Positions 12,150 through 24,609 are shown, counted from the whole stretch's first letter. The stretch is 60,020 bases of DNA, filler included, from Asterionella formosa (GCA_002256025.1; 12 parts of 12 records of this genome joined end to end with filler, not necessarily neighbours in it); one strand, 5' to 3'. The notes: generated by a model from the letters alone, not told the origin. Translations and numbers: made by a program.

Positions 12150-13838
12150 TTCTATATGAAATGGTCTGTTGAAGAAACTGACTCATTGGGATATCGATAA
12201 ACTCCAACCGACTTCAAATTTTGGTCTTCAAAACTTAAACCAGGATTGAAATGGAAATATTCCATTTGTATGGCTACCTATGCATACATCAACAAACTTT
12301 TGCATCAATGAAAGCATTGTTAGTTGCAGATATGCGTGTTCTCCGGTGGAGGATTTATATTGAAGAATATCTTCTCACTTTTCACAATATGAAGGGTACT
12401 GATAATGTCAAATATTACAGATTCTATCTCTCGCCTCCCGAGGCTTGAGTCTTTGGTGGGGGATGATATTGGACCGAAATCTTCAGCATCAACATCCATT
12501 TCTACTTTCTCAATTGAAGTAGATGATGAACCTTTGTTTACCTGTTCCCTCAATCATCCAATTTTGGCAGACAATATTCAATATCCTCTGGAATATTACT
12601 CCATACATGATAGATAATTGCTGGATATACAATTGATTCTCAATCAAACAACTCATCTCATTCTCAATCAACAAACCAGTCACATCTGTTAAAATTTCCC
12701 TCTATCAATTTTCATTATATACATTTAATATATTTTGTGAAGAATCCAGGAGATACTTGACGTATTGTTATTCCTACATCACTATCAAATCCTATTATTT
12801 ATTGGTATCATCAGATGTTACCTCATGTGGGTATGACAAGATGAAATGCCACAGTTTCTACACATTTTTACTATCCTCCATTAAAAGCAAGAGTGGAACA
12901 TATTGCAAGCATATATGAAACATGTTAAAACGTACAAATTACCTGATGCTTGGTTTTGGTGAACTTCCACCAAGGAATGCATTGTTATTACAATGCTCAG
13001 AAGTCACAGTGGATTTCATTGGTCCATAGAAGATAACAGTGCTGACTGCACAAGCGATTGAATTTCATGCTCCAACTTGAGTTAACACAGTCACCAATTT
13101 ACCAGAAATTTCACATATCAATAATAAGACATCAGAATATATTGCGATGAAATTTAAAAATGATTGGTTGGACGGATATCTCCGTCCAGAAGGTTGTATA
13201 CATGACAATGGAGGTCAATTTACTGGTATTCCTTTCATACACATGTAAGTGTTGAATGGAAATAAAAATGGGACCATTACAGTCAAGAATCCACAAACAA
13301 ATGCTATCCGTGAACGTTTACATCAATCTATCAGTAACAGTCTATGTACAAGTTATGTTAAAGGCTTATCCTCCAATCAATGAATTTCAAGTTCAGAATA
13401 TTGTGGATACCAGTTTGTTGCATCATATGCAGCTCGAGCTACAATTTATAGTACATTGTGTATTTTCAGCCGACATGATTTGATTACAGATATGTAATTG
13501 ATATTGGGATATCAAGGTTCTCCAACATGATTTGATAACAGATATGTAATTGATATTGGGATATCAAGGTCGATAAGTGATAATTTACAAATGACTACTT
13601 CGTCATAATTTCCGTCGTCGTTCTTGCGATTACAAAGTTGTTGATGAGGTTTTAATCCTATTGGATAATCTTACTACCTTGGATAACCATGGACGAGGTC
13701 CTTATTCTATTCATTCAAGTATATGCCAATGGTAAAAGTTACTTTTCAACAAACTATGCATACTACGGAACGAATTAATATCCATTACATCAAACCTTTT
13801 CAAAGGTAAAAGGTTTTCCCTTGGTGTGGGGCGGAGAG
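12150..13838 (+). mobile_element. Decayed Ty3/gypsy pol (RT end, RNase H end, integrase) with PPT
   Basis: RVLRWRIYIEEY..KGTDNV..DSISRLP; many stops; colinear with the intact integrase at 53997-55022; purine tract at 13828-13838. Confidence 0.85.
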
Positions 13839-14040
13839 TGAGCGATCTTGCGCATCAATACAGATGTATATAGTGTTAGTGTTATATCATATATGTACCG
13901 TATCAGAACTCAATAATGAGAGAACTCGACTAACCCTCATTGTATACTTTGGTGTCGACTTAGAGAACGAGTTACACACAAGGATTAACAAATAAGTTCA
14001 TATATTCAACAAATACTACTACTTCTAGTTAGATGCTTCA
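13839..14040 (+). mobile_element. Gypsy 3' LTR (202 bp)
   Basis: TGAGC...GCTTCA directly after the PPT; homologous to the reverse complement of 53776-53970. Confidence 0.85.
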
Positions 14041-14273
14041 CCAGGTACCAGGTAGTATACCTACCTGGTAATGTTTCGTCGCGGCTCTAACTTCCTGGTA
14101 CCGTCCCGTAACTCCACGACTTGATGTTATTCCAAATTACCCAGTGATGATCACTTTTTTACATGAAGAATAAAACGAAACAACAACAAAAAACGAGTTT
14201 GCTTCGGTCCATCACGCGGCAATAAGTTCAATATCTAATTACATCCTTTCGATCTCTGCATTGCGGTTCAGCC

Positions 14274-14665
14274 ATGCCTCACGTCATTTTGAAGAAAACC
14301 TTCAAAACGAAGCCAAGTGGATTTTCTGTCGCCAACGAGAAGTTCTTCACATTCTTCGATTCAGGGGTAACGAAAGATATCACAACTGTCATCAACCACC
14401 GCTTGGAAAAAATTCCTTCAAGTATGCACAAGGCGCCAAAATATTGCAATTCAAAGTTGATGCCGCCGGCCACTACGAAGCTATCATGAATCATGACTTC
14501 CAGAAGTACCATGAAGAGGACGCCGTGGTTTTTATCCTTGATGCTATGGAGGAGTTTGGCTGGGAGTTTCGATTCCAGTACGACACGGAATCATTTTCTT
14601 CACGCGTCGGAGGAATTTCTGTTTCTCGCAATGAGCAGTTTATTTTTCATAAGGCCAAAAAATAG
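14274..14665 (+). CDS. Small (~130 aa) protein with apparent frameshift in an A6 run; GFRP/KCTD-C-terminal-like fold suspected
   Basis: MPHVILKKTF...INHRLEK (frame of 14274) joins NSFKYAQG...ILDAMEEFGWEFRFQY...EQFIFHKAKK if one A is added to the run at 14407-14412. Confidence 0.55.
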
Positions 14666-15099
14666 AATACCGAATTTTGATGAGTCTAGACAGACAACCT
14701 AGTGCAATTTTTTTGTCTGGGAGCTTGTTTCCATGATGTCACATACGAACGACAGTCCTTGGCATGCAGCAAGATTGTGGAACTCTCAAACGAATTACTG
14801 GAATGTACTTCTTTGTGGCCAGTGAAAACTAAAATCAAATTTAAAGCACGACAAGTTAAACTTAGCATGTACTACTATTAAGCTACTGATCTTGTCCCTC
14901 CAATAGATCGACGGGAGACTTTCCGTTAACATCTTTGTCTGTGTGAGGAACCCCGGCCTTTGTAAGAATCTTGACAATTNNNNNNNNNNNNNNNNNNNNN
15001 NNNNNNNNNNNNNNNNNNNNNNNTTAATTAATTAANNNNNNNNNNNNNNNNNNNNNNNNNNNNNNNNNNNNNNNNNNNNAACTTGCCAGCAGTGCCTCT

Positions 15100-15608
15100 C
15101 TTGTTGACGTTGAAGCAGAAGAAACAGCCCAATGTCAACGTCAAGTAAAGACTGCTTTGTTACTATTTTTGGTAATTGACATCTTCGTTTCCATCCCAAT
15201 TCAGCTAAAAAACACCATCACTCAAAACATTGGCTCCATCAGAAACTCCATCAGTAAGCCCATCTCAAAGTTTGTTTGGATTCTTGGCTGAACATTCGTT
15301 TGATAACGGAACAGCACTTTCAACTACTGGCTCCTCACAAAAAAGGCACTTACAAGGTTGGAGAAGCAAGTCGACACTTTATAATAGTGCCACAGACTAT
15401 GTTGTTTTGCAATTCTATGTGCTGTGATCTCCTTTCAGGCGAATCATGGTTGCATGATAATGGAACTGCTTCTGAATATAATTTTTGTGATTGGGATAAC
15501 ACTGATTGCAACGACGGTAGGACAGACATCACAGCTTTGTCCCCTTTGGGATCTCAACTTTTTGGATCCCTAACACCGGAGATTGCTTGCTGCCTCATTA
15601 TTCCTTGA
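15100..15608 (+). pseudogene. Remnant of a diatom-type membrane-anchored LRR protein N-terminal region
   Basis: APSETPSVSPS..SFDNGTALSTTGSSQ..VVLQFY*..SWL..FCDW..C..ITAL..LFGSLTPEIA, spread over shifted frames with a stop. Confidence 0.6.
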
Positions 15609-16741
15609 AATCGACCCTGTCACATGCGGCTGATTGCTGATTATTTCTTCCTGCATTCAGTTCGATGCCCCCCCTCCCCATCATCCGCTGTGTTTACAAG
15701 AGCAACGACAGGACATAAGTGCAAATAACAATCAACAGTTACAACGATGATGATGGTCTTGCCGAAGTTATGACATCATGATTTTGGACAACTTACCATT
15801 TCCTCAATTGTATACTTTCTTCGATAATGAGCCAGAGACTTCATCCCTGAAATCGCTTCCGATGCCAGAAATTCTATGCTTTGACGAAGTCACATTTTCA
15901 TCAAAAAAGCTAATATATTGCAAACTTACGTCATGAATCGAAATATGGGCCATAGTATTTTGCTATGTAAATAATAAAAACGTGATCACTATAACTTTCT
16001 CCTAATATGACATATTATGTAGTGGAGGGAAAATGGACTGGCTAACCTTCTTAACCAGAAACCGTCTTAAACAGTGACGATATTCTCAGTGGCAATACCG
16101 GATAATAAAGGTTAAAATGTAAAACGTAAACTAAAATTATGATATAAACTGTGAAAAATGGAAATGATCTCCAATGGTTAATCCATTCCTCTCTTCCTGT
16201 AGGGTGATTCTGATTCCATACGTAAATAGTGCATACGTAATCACTGAATTGACTTGGTATGCAAACATACGTATTCCTTTTTCTCAAATTCTCAGGATCG
16301 GAACATATCCAGCTGTTCTGATCCTCCTCTATATATAAGAAACCCCTAATACTGTAGACCAAGACGACGGGGATACGACAGGTACCTGGTACTCACTCAT
16401 CACTTTCTCCGAGGAATCATGTCTGATTTGTTGCTGTTACGCATACCTTATATAAAGACTTGTTTCATTCCGGCTACCCCCAGATGGTGACAGTGTGCTA
16501 TTCATCTCCATCTCCATGTCATGTTGATGGATCCTTCTGTATGCAAAATGAACATGTTTACAAAACGAGCATTGCTCACCATGTATGTATCATAATCAGG
16601 GAAACATCCACAAGGAAGAGCATAAACGTAAATTCCAACTAACAGTTTAACAAAACATACCCTAATTGATAATAAAAACATAACAGTTCCGTAATTAGAA
16701 TAATAAATACTAGTTGATCCTCCTAAATATTACCAGGATGA

Positions 16742-17779
16742 TCATTTCCACAAATTGCAAAGTGCTCCATTACCTTTTTCTTGAACACCAGCATTGGATG
16801 TGTAATTTCGCATAGCAGACTCAATTAGGGCTTTTCCACCAGCATCGGATATCGTCACCTTGTTGCTGCCATTATTCAAAGCCAATTTCCAAAGTGCTCC
16901 ACAACCATGTTCTTGAACCCTAGCATTGGAGGAATGAGTCCTCATCGCAGACAGAATTGTAGGAATACCTCCTGCTTCAGCAATCGTCACCTTGTTGTTT
17001 TCATTATTGTCAGCCAAGTTCCAAAATGCTGCACAACCTTGGAGTTGTACATTAGCATTGGAGGAATAATTATTCATAGCTGACAGAATCAGAGGGATAC
17101 CTCCTTCATCAGCAATTGCCACCTTGTTGTTTTCATTACTATCAGCCAAGTCATCAAGTGCTGCACAGCCATACTCTTGCACCTTAGCATTTAAGGAATG
17201 AGTTTTCATTGCAGACAGAATCGTAGTGATACCTCCTGCTTCAGCAATCGTTTCCTGGTTCTTGTCATTATTCCAAGCCAAGTTCTGTAGTGCTGCACAA
17301 CCATTTTCTTGCACAGTAGCATTGGAGGAATGAGTCTTCATTGCAGACAGAATCGTAGTGATACCTCCTGCTTCAGCAATCGTCACCCTGTTGTTTTCAT
17401 TATTCAAAGCCAACTTCCCAAGCTCCTTGATACCATCAACTTGAATGTCAGCATTCCGTTCATTCATTTGCATCTTTGAAAGAATTTTAGCAATCGGAGA
17501 CGGAATTGAAGTGGTTGGAATTTGGGTTGCTGGCAGATAAGGAGACTGCTGAGGCATTGGAGTCACTGGAGCAGCAGCCCCTTGGGTAATATTCATGCGA
17601 TCGCATTTTGGGCAGCTGTTTCGCACAGTCTTCCAACCTCCAAATCTCTTCTTTTTGCGAAGCTGAATGTCTGGATGATAAGGACAGAGTCCATTCCTTG
17701 CGTACTCTGCTTGTACGCCATGCTCATTCAAAATTGGAGCGTCATGCTTATGGCGGTCGAATGAAGCACCGAATTCCAT
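16742..17779 (-). CDS. Armadillo-repeat protein with N-terminal CxxH...CxxC module
   Basis: About five 42-aa repeats (NKVTIAEAGGITTILSAMKTHSSNAxVQExGCAALxNLA), 126-bp period; intact 345-aa ORF. Confidence 0.9.
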   Translation of the reverse strand: MEFGASFDRHKHDAPILNEHGVQAEYARNGLCPYHPDIQLRKKKRFGGWKTVRNSCPKCDRMNITQGAAAPVTPMPQQSPYLPATQIPTTSIPSPIAKILSKMQMNERNADIQVDGIKELGKLALNNENNRVTIAEAGGITTILSAMKTHSSNATVQENGCAALQNLAWNNDKNQETIAEAGGITTILSAMKTHSLNAKVQEYGCAALDDLADSNENNKVAIADEGGIPLILSAMNNYSSNANVQLQGCAAFWNLADNNENNKVTIAEAGGIPTILSAMRTHSSNARVQEHGCGALWKLALNNGSNKVTISDAGGKALIESAMRNYTSNAGVQEKGNGALCNLWK

Positions 17780-19312
17780 GGTGGTTGATTTATGATTTTT
17801 GATCGTGCTTCTTTTGGAGACCTCCTCCGAATTTTACATGCTTTGATTTTCCTGATGATATATATTTCTTTGTCCTACCGGTAGTCGTGTTTGATCTACA
17901 TACATAATTCTTGTGTTCTTCCACTTCCTCTCGTGGAATTCTACAGTATATGAAAGATCTAAATTCGTTCAGTCATCATTCCTATCCTGGAATTTTTGTC
18001 TAACGTGATAACAATTATATTCTGGATATATCTATACTGGTACCACGTACAGGTAGTATAGCTATACCAACATCTACATATCATTGTGCTACCTGGTACG
18101 TAGTAACAACAATACAATTGCTGGACTACATAATGGTATGTAGACAATTCGATTCGATTAGGGGGAATGATAAAAGGGTTTCTATACATATACCTATGGG
18201 CATATATGTAAACATATTATTCATTACTTACTATGTACCTACTACAAGACCTCGCTGGTTTCTTTCCAACGACTAAATAACAATATATTTTTTCTTTCTT
18301 CGCATGCTCTTTGTTGTATCCACTTTCTAAGTAATTTAATGTATAGAGATGAAAGGACCTTATGTGGCATATATAGGAAATGGAACAAAAATTGTCAGTC
18401 ACACATATCATTTACCGGTAATTTTTTTAATAATTATAATTATGAAAATACTACTTACAGAATGGATCTTGTAGGAATACGTTGCATGACTGATGAGGAC
18501 ATCCACCTGGTACATAATAATCGGTAGGATGTTGCAGAAGGTGGAAGTATACTGGCATATATGTATATTTTATGATAGCAGAGGTTATTAAATCAATATA
18601 AAGAGTAAATAACCCCGAGGGTCATTTTAGCTCCCAGGTACAGTATTCTGCCAAGTAAAATTGCGGAAATGATTCAGAATTTTTCACTTTCGACTCGGAC
18701 CGACAAACTGTTGGTACAATGTCAGTGTACAGACAAAGTGAAAGTGAGAAGCGAAGACTTGCTTTTACTTTTGAGCAGGGTAAATAATACCGTAGACCTC
18801 TTCATATCTTCTCCACGGATATAAATAACTCCACATCATTAGTCGCTCCACATGGGGGGTTCAGCCAATCATAATATCTCCACTTGTACATTTTTACATC
18901 TGTGATAGCGCTGTAGGTTTACATAGTGACGTAACACAATACATGCATAAGTAGGTAACAGGTACCTGGAGTACCAGTGACACGTTTCTGTTTCACCCTC
19001 AACCCGCTATCATGCCGCATGCATCTGTATCGTTTTATTAGGAGCGGTACTGTTACCAGGTAGGAGGAATACGGTAGCGTCTACTACAGTACCTGGTACC
19101 CCGCCGTACCTGTCACATTCAGGTACCAGGTACCATGGTACCCTGGTACAGGGCACTCTGGTATTTACCAGTCTATCTAGCCGGTACAAATAGATTGTAA
19201 ACACAGTTCACAGCTACCTTGTACGGTACGGATGTATTGTTGTTACATCGGGGTACATGTACATACCGTTATGTCTAATACAGCAAAGAGTAAGTATCTA
19301 CATCAAGATTCA

Positions 19313-19730
19313 GGGTCGTTCTTATCATTCCGAATTTGCTGTATCATTTCCGGGTTGTGGGCAAACAGTGACGGTTGGTATCAAAACACGGTATCAGCAA
19401 CGGTAACTTGATGGTATCAATTTTGTATCATTGATACAAAATTGATACCTTTTTTTGCCCCCGCCTCCAAAAACGGTATCAGTGATACTGACGTTTTCAC
19501 GCAGGTATCATTTCCGTTGTCACTGACAAGATAACCGAAAATAAGCCTGCAGGGCAATACTTTTATTGACATCTAAACAATATACTTAAAAATTATTATG
19601 GTATGTGCATCAAAGAAGCACCATACAATCATTATATGTAGTGGCCGTGTGTGGCAATGTTCAGCCACAACACCAAAGAATGACAACCACAGAGTTGAGA
19701 ATTGAACAGATTGAGTCATGTTCATAGAGA
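19313..19730. mobile_element. Truncated copy of the 59193-59937 Harbinger-type MITE
   Basis: Starts GGGTCGTTCTTATCATT and aligns colinearly with ~59193-59600. Confidence 0.75.
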
Positions 19731-19786
19731 TATACCCGGTATCTAATTACAGGTACCTGGTGCTTGGTACCTGGTACCGGTACTCA

Positions 19787-19953
19787 GAAGTGCTCCACAA
19801 CCTTTTTCTGGCACAGTAGCATTGGAGGAATGAGTTTTCATTGCAGACAGAATCGTAGTGATACCTCCTACTTCAACAATTGATGCCTTCTTGGTGTCAT
19901 TCAAAGCCAAGTTGCTAATTCACCACAACCATTTTCTTGCACCTTAGCATTGG
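19787..19953 (-). pseudogene. Detached degenerate ARM-repeat fragment
   Basis: GCACAGTAGCATTGGAGGAATGAGTTTTCATTGCAGACAGAATCGTAGTGATACCTCC is nearly identical to repeat units at ~17180-17370. Confidence 0.8.
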
Positions 19954-20095
19954 TACAGCAAATAAGACGACATCAGACAATCATTAACACGGTTTNNNNN
20001 NNNNNNNNNNNNNNNNNNNNNNNNNNNNNNNNNNNNNNNTTAATTAATTAANNNNNNNNNNNNNNNNNNNNNNNNNNNNNNNNNNNNNNNNNNNN

Positions 20096-21693
20096 CTTGG
20101 GGAGATTCACAAGTTCTGCCGAGAGTCAATTGGGGAGATGTGTTCTTCGATTTATTTTATGTCGCTGCTGCCTATAATTTTGGAAATATACTGCACCACT
20201 CGCCAAGTGCTTCGGGCGTGTTGTACTTCGTTGGAACCTACTTTCCAGTTCTTGATAACTGGAAAGAAAAGGTATATTATGACGCCAGATTGAGTTTGCG
20301 CGACGATATCTTTCACCGCATCTTTGAAATGTGTTTCCACATGGCAAATGCTGCCATCATCTTGCACATTCGCCCGGTGGAGGTCATGGCCAATTCCAAA
20401 GACAACATTGATATGTTTGCCTTTTCTATCGCGCAAGTGATTTATAATTTCTTGGTATTTGCAGGCTATCTAGAGGTTTTCTTCTTAGCCGAAGGCCAGA
20501 AATCCTTGCTAAAACGAGTTGCGTCCCGAGATTTTAAGTTGAAGATGGTTTCGTTTCCATTCTACCTGGGAGCAGCCGTTGTCAGTGGGATCAACTACTA
20601 TTCAGACGATAACAGCACCGATAATTCTTCAGATGATTATGCCATCCGAAATTCGGCCGAAAGCGAAAATGCAGCTGCAGCTTCTTCTAATTTTGTTGAT
20701 TATTTGCCTATTTGGCTATGCATTGGCGGTGCCTTGGCTCACTTTTTGTTTTTTCTGTTTTTGACTCAAATCTGGTTTCCAAATGATGGTTCGCACAAAA
20801 AATTTACGATACCCTTGAATGTTGAATTTGTCATTCATCGCAATGGCGAATGGATTATGCTAATGTTGGGTGCCGGAATCTTGAACCTACTGATTGTGGA
20901 TGTGTCAGCTGCTAGTGACTATTATGTGACCTTTTATTGTGGTATTCTTTCTGTCGTTTTATTACAATACCTACACTTTCGGTCACAACCTCATGATCCC
21001 GACAACCATGCCATCAGAAGGAGCAAGGATGCTGGTGTGTGGTTTACATTTATTAATGGCGTTTACTCCGCTAGTCTCCTCGTTGTTGGTGCCTCCTACA
21101 AATCATTTTTGACTGGATTCGCTGATGCGGCTCGAAGGTTAGACGAAGAGCGTATATTGCTGGGCAGTGAGGAGTCGAATCTGTCAGGAAAAGATCGTCT
21201 ACAACAAATTGCGAATTTGTTTGGTGGCGCCCTGGCGATACTATGGTTCTGTACTGATGTTCTTATGGTTTTGCATCTGGGTCTCAGCAATTGTCTTGGT
21301 AGATGTCAATGTAGTGAGTCGAAAGCTATCAACAAGAAGGGCTTGTTCTTGCTAACTTGTCGTGCTTGTCTCATTCCCATATCGGCAACTGTTGGGCTTT
21401 GGCTAACTGACCCTGCCAAATTGGCTGCCTTTGGATTGGGTATCGTGATTGCTCAGTTGCTATTGCGACGACTTGGTGGAATGTATTTTCCGCGAGATCG
21501 AGTTCATGGTCATCATGGTGACGAGTTCGGTGCACATTATGATTTCGACCTGAAGATTGACTCTGGAGAATTAGCGTGGCCAAATGTGACTCATGTCCCA
21601 GTCGAGTACATATCAGAGCAGGAATGCGATGACACCGATGAGACCATTTTAGATCTGTCCAAGAAGCGCGAAGAAAAAGCAAACAATATTTAG
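20096..21693 (+). CDS. LtrA-like (low temperature requirement A) multi-pass membrane protein, 5'-partial
   Basis: Frame is open from the contig start: WGDSQVLPRVNWGDVFFDLFYVAAAYN (LtrA FFDLxxV-like); IHRNGEWIMLMLG (ERxGLFxIIxLGE-like); many hydrophobic helices. Confidence 0.75.
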
Positions 21694-21808
21694 CTTATGT
21701 TTCTCTATTAAATTTTTAAAAGTAAATTCATAATCAATTAATTAATTGATATTCAAGTAAGCAATGGTGCCGGTTTGCTGCTCATTAAGCTATTGCCTTG
21801 ATGATGCT

Positions 21809-23053
21809 TTACCAGCCGTGATTTGCCTTCATCCATTTTGCAACATGCTCCTCACCACCAGCACTGCGCCAGATCTCGCTTGGTGTGTGGCCACCTTTGT
21901 CTGGTTTTCCCATTTTTTTTAATTGCTCGTCCGATAATCCTGCTCCACCTTCGAATTTTGTTTTCGTCAACCATTCAATCACCCTCTTGTTTGTTCGTTG
22001 GCACGCTTTGTGGAGTGGAAAGTGCCCATGCTTTTGAGCAACATCGAATGGGACACCAGCCTTGAGAAGTAAGTCACACAATTCGCTTGCATCGTTGCTG
22101 GAACTCTTGGTCATGGCAATCCAATGCGCCGATCCACATTCCCACTCGTTGGTGGCATGTGGGTCTGCTCCATTCTGTATCAACAATTGAGCTGCCGCGA
22201 GGTGTCCACCGTACAAAGCCAGGTGCAATGGGGTTGTTCCGTCTCCCGATGGCTTGTCGACATCATCTTTATTAGCATCGATGAGAAACTGTATGACATG
22301 CAGTCTTCCATTACGAGCTGCGTAGTGCATGCAAGTTTTGCCCTGTCGACGCCTTATTCCTCGCATATTGTTGGTCCGATCGGTGCTGAGTTCCGGGAGA
22401 ATTCGTCTCGTCTTTACGAGATACTGTAAACAATCTAAATGGCCCTCTCCAGCAGCCCAATGTTCGGCGGTAGACCCGTTGCGATCTCTGGTTTCCAATA
22501 GCATCCTTTTTTTGTCTACGTCGTCCCCCACAGCCTCGACCAAAGCTTGAAGCATGGTCAGGGTCCCATCCGCAGCCGCTTGAATAATCTCTGGTAAGGA
22601 TTCACGATATTCCTTCACTTTGTTTTTCCCAGTTCGATCGAAGCCGCGGCCTAAAATCTCCTTGGGACGCGCCTCAAGTTCCCTAGTAATTTCGAGGACT
22701 CGATGCTCCCAGTCTCGCTCCTCTTCTTCGGATGGGTCCCACGACGACATGGTCGTCATAGTTGCAGGACTCGGGGTAAGCTCGGATCCTTTCTTTCTGG
22801 CTTCCGCAGCTAGTCGTTCAAATTCTCGCCTCTTGATTTTTAGCTCCATCTTGCTCCCCTTCCAAGGTGTATGCACGGCATGCAAATGAGATGAAATTCC
22901 TCGACCGAGTGCATATTTCTTTGTTGAATATTGTCCACACAATGGACAAGCAGTCCAACCACTTATAAATCCGCGTCCGGAGGAGTCGCTTGTATCCAGT
23001 CTTCCTAGGACATCGGCCTTGCGTTTTCGGTCCCTAATTGTTGTTGCTGTCAT
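21809..23053 (-). CDS. Ankyrin-repeat protein with N-terminal C2H2 zinc finger
   Basis: CPLC-x16-HLHAVH; ankyrin repeats GSTAEHWAAGEGH, GKTCMHYAARNGR, GTTPLHLALYGGH, GHFPLHKAC. First ATG at 23053 (the ORF track starts at TTG 23098). Confidence 0.9.
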   Translation of the reverse strand: MTATTIRDRKRKADVLGRLDTSDSSGRGFISGWTACPLCGQYSTKKYALGRGISSHLHAVHTPWKGSKMELKIKRREFERLAAEARKKGSELTPSPATMTTMSSWDPSEEEERDWEHRVLEITRELEARPKEILGRGFDRTGKNKVKEYRESLPEIIQAAADGTLTMLQALVEAVGDDVDKKRMLLETRDRNGSTAEHWAAGEGHLDCLQYLVKTRRILPELSTDRTNNMRGIRRRQGKTCMHYAARNGRLHVIQFLIDANKDDVDKPSGDGTTPLHLALYGGHLAAAQLLIQNGADPHATNEWECGSAHWIAMTKSSSNDASELCDLLLKAGVPFDVAQKHGHFPLHKACQRTNKRVIEWLTKTKFEGGAGLSDEQLKKMGKPDKGGHTPSEIWRSAGGEEHVAKWMKANHGW

Positions 23054-23839
23054 GGTGTGTGACGGAGGGGGAGGAGCATCATCGTGAGTGTGATTCAATG
23101 ATTGCTTCGTTGTTTTCGAAGATCATGTGCTAGTATCCTTACTGCCAGGTACTCCTACCAGTTACATGGTACCAGGTACCTAGTTAAAAATGGGTTTGAG
23201 CCACGTTGAATGGCTTTGCTTGAGCCACTACATACTAGCTAAGCCATCTAATTATTCACAGAGTATCTATCATACATACGGTAGATCTTTTCTAATTTTC
23301 CGGTTACCGTATGACTATTTTTAGTACGACGAAGTTGTTTCTGACGTTGCGCCGGATACAACATACAATAAATCCCATGTTCCTGTCTCCTCAAATGCAC
23401 AGACCGCTCGCGGCTAGATTTACTTAGATGGGGAGACAGGATGATGGCGATTTTGGCATTGCCCACTTCAGTTGATCAACAAAACGTCATACCCATTGTC
23501 TTCTCCATAGTTTAAACATAAATGTTCATACTAAGTGATATTGTTCTTGGTTGAATCGGTTTCTATGATCATTTCACATGGAGCACTTGTCATTATGGAT
23601 AGGATTTGGATGCCAGGGCAATAGCATTGTAAAAGTTGTTGAACATAACTAAATATGGCTAAATAAATACTGAGATAGTCTCTCTCAAACTCCATCTTGC
23701 TAATGGAAAATTAACCCTCAGTAGCCAACCTCACAATTTTGACTTTCTGAAAAATGACTTTAACTGGTTGTAACAGTTCCTAAAGGCTGCGGTTTGTGTG
23801 AGTCAGACCTCAATGATTTCTAAAGTGTTTACCAGTTAA

Positions 23840-23895
23840 GGTTGCTGCATTTGAGCCCCTGGGCAAAAATTAAAATATTGCTTAGGGCTGCCGAA
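23840..23895. mobile_element. Single terminus of the TTAA-flanked MITE family seen at 46119-46402
   Basis: TTAA|GGTTGCTGCATTTGAGCCCCTGGGCAAAAATTAAAATATTG matches both ends of 46119-46402. Confidence 0.65.
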
Positions 23896-24609
23896 TTTCC
23901 CTGGAACTAAGAACTTTTATGCGCTAAATTTGAATATCGATGATTCCGTTTGAAATATTTAAATCAGTGGAAATTTGCGCGTATGTGTACATAGGTCCCT
24001 GGAACCTGGTACAAGATTGTCAGTACTCCTACTACGTACCAGGTATATACCAGGACGTGAATATGATAGCATCGGCCAACACCCAAGAAAATGTTGCATG
24101 TGTGGGTATCCAGTGTGGCCAGCATGGGATTGCAAGACCTCGCAAACCAGGCCAATCGAATGGATGTAAGTATAACCAATCAGAATATGAATAATGCAGC
24201 GGGCCCTTTTTTGTACAGCAGATTTTACAAAAAATTTAAGCACAAGACTATCATTCCGATGATGACGTTTCGGCGATTAGTGATTCTGATTCCAATATTT
24301 TTGAGACCGTAGAAAAGGCCGATTTTGTAGAAATTTTGGACGAAGATAACTCAACGTCGGCTGGGTCTGAAGGCGATTTCAATACATTGGTAACCTTCAA
24401 ATAGCATCAGTATATATCTTCCGGCAAGAAACTGCAGAAAGGAACTCCGGTTTTTTAATACACCAAAAAAAAGGATTTCCCCTGAATCTTCTTGTCGTTT
24501 TAGCATAGTAAAAAAAGTTCCTTTCTGCAGTTTCTCGCTAGATCCTATATCCTGACGATATATAGAGTGCACAGGAAACGAAAGTACCATGTATTGACCA
24601 TTTTTTCGG

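Noticed and set aside
16800..17460. Regular direct repeats resembling a CRISPR array (also 4740-4933 and 24821-25006)
   Set aside because: They are codon-phased ARM/LRR units or plain tandem repeats, with no unique spacers and no cas genes.
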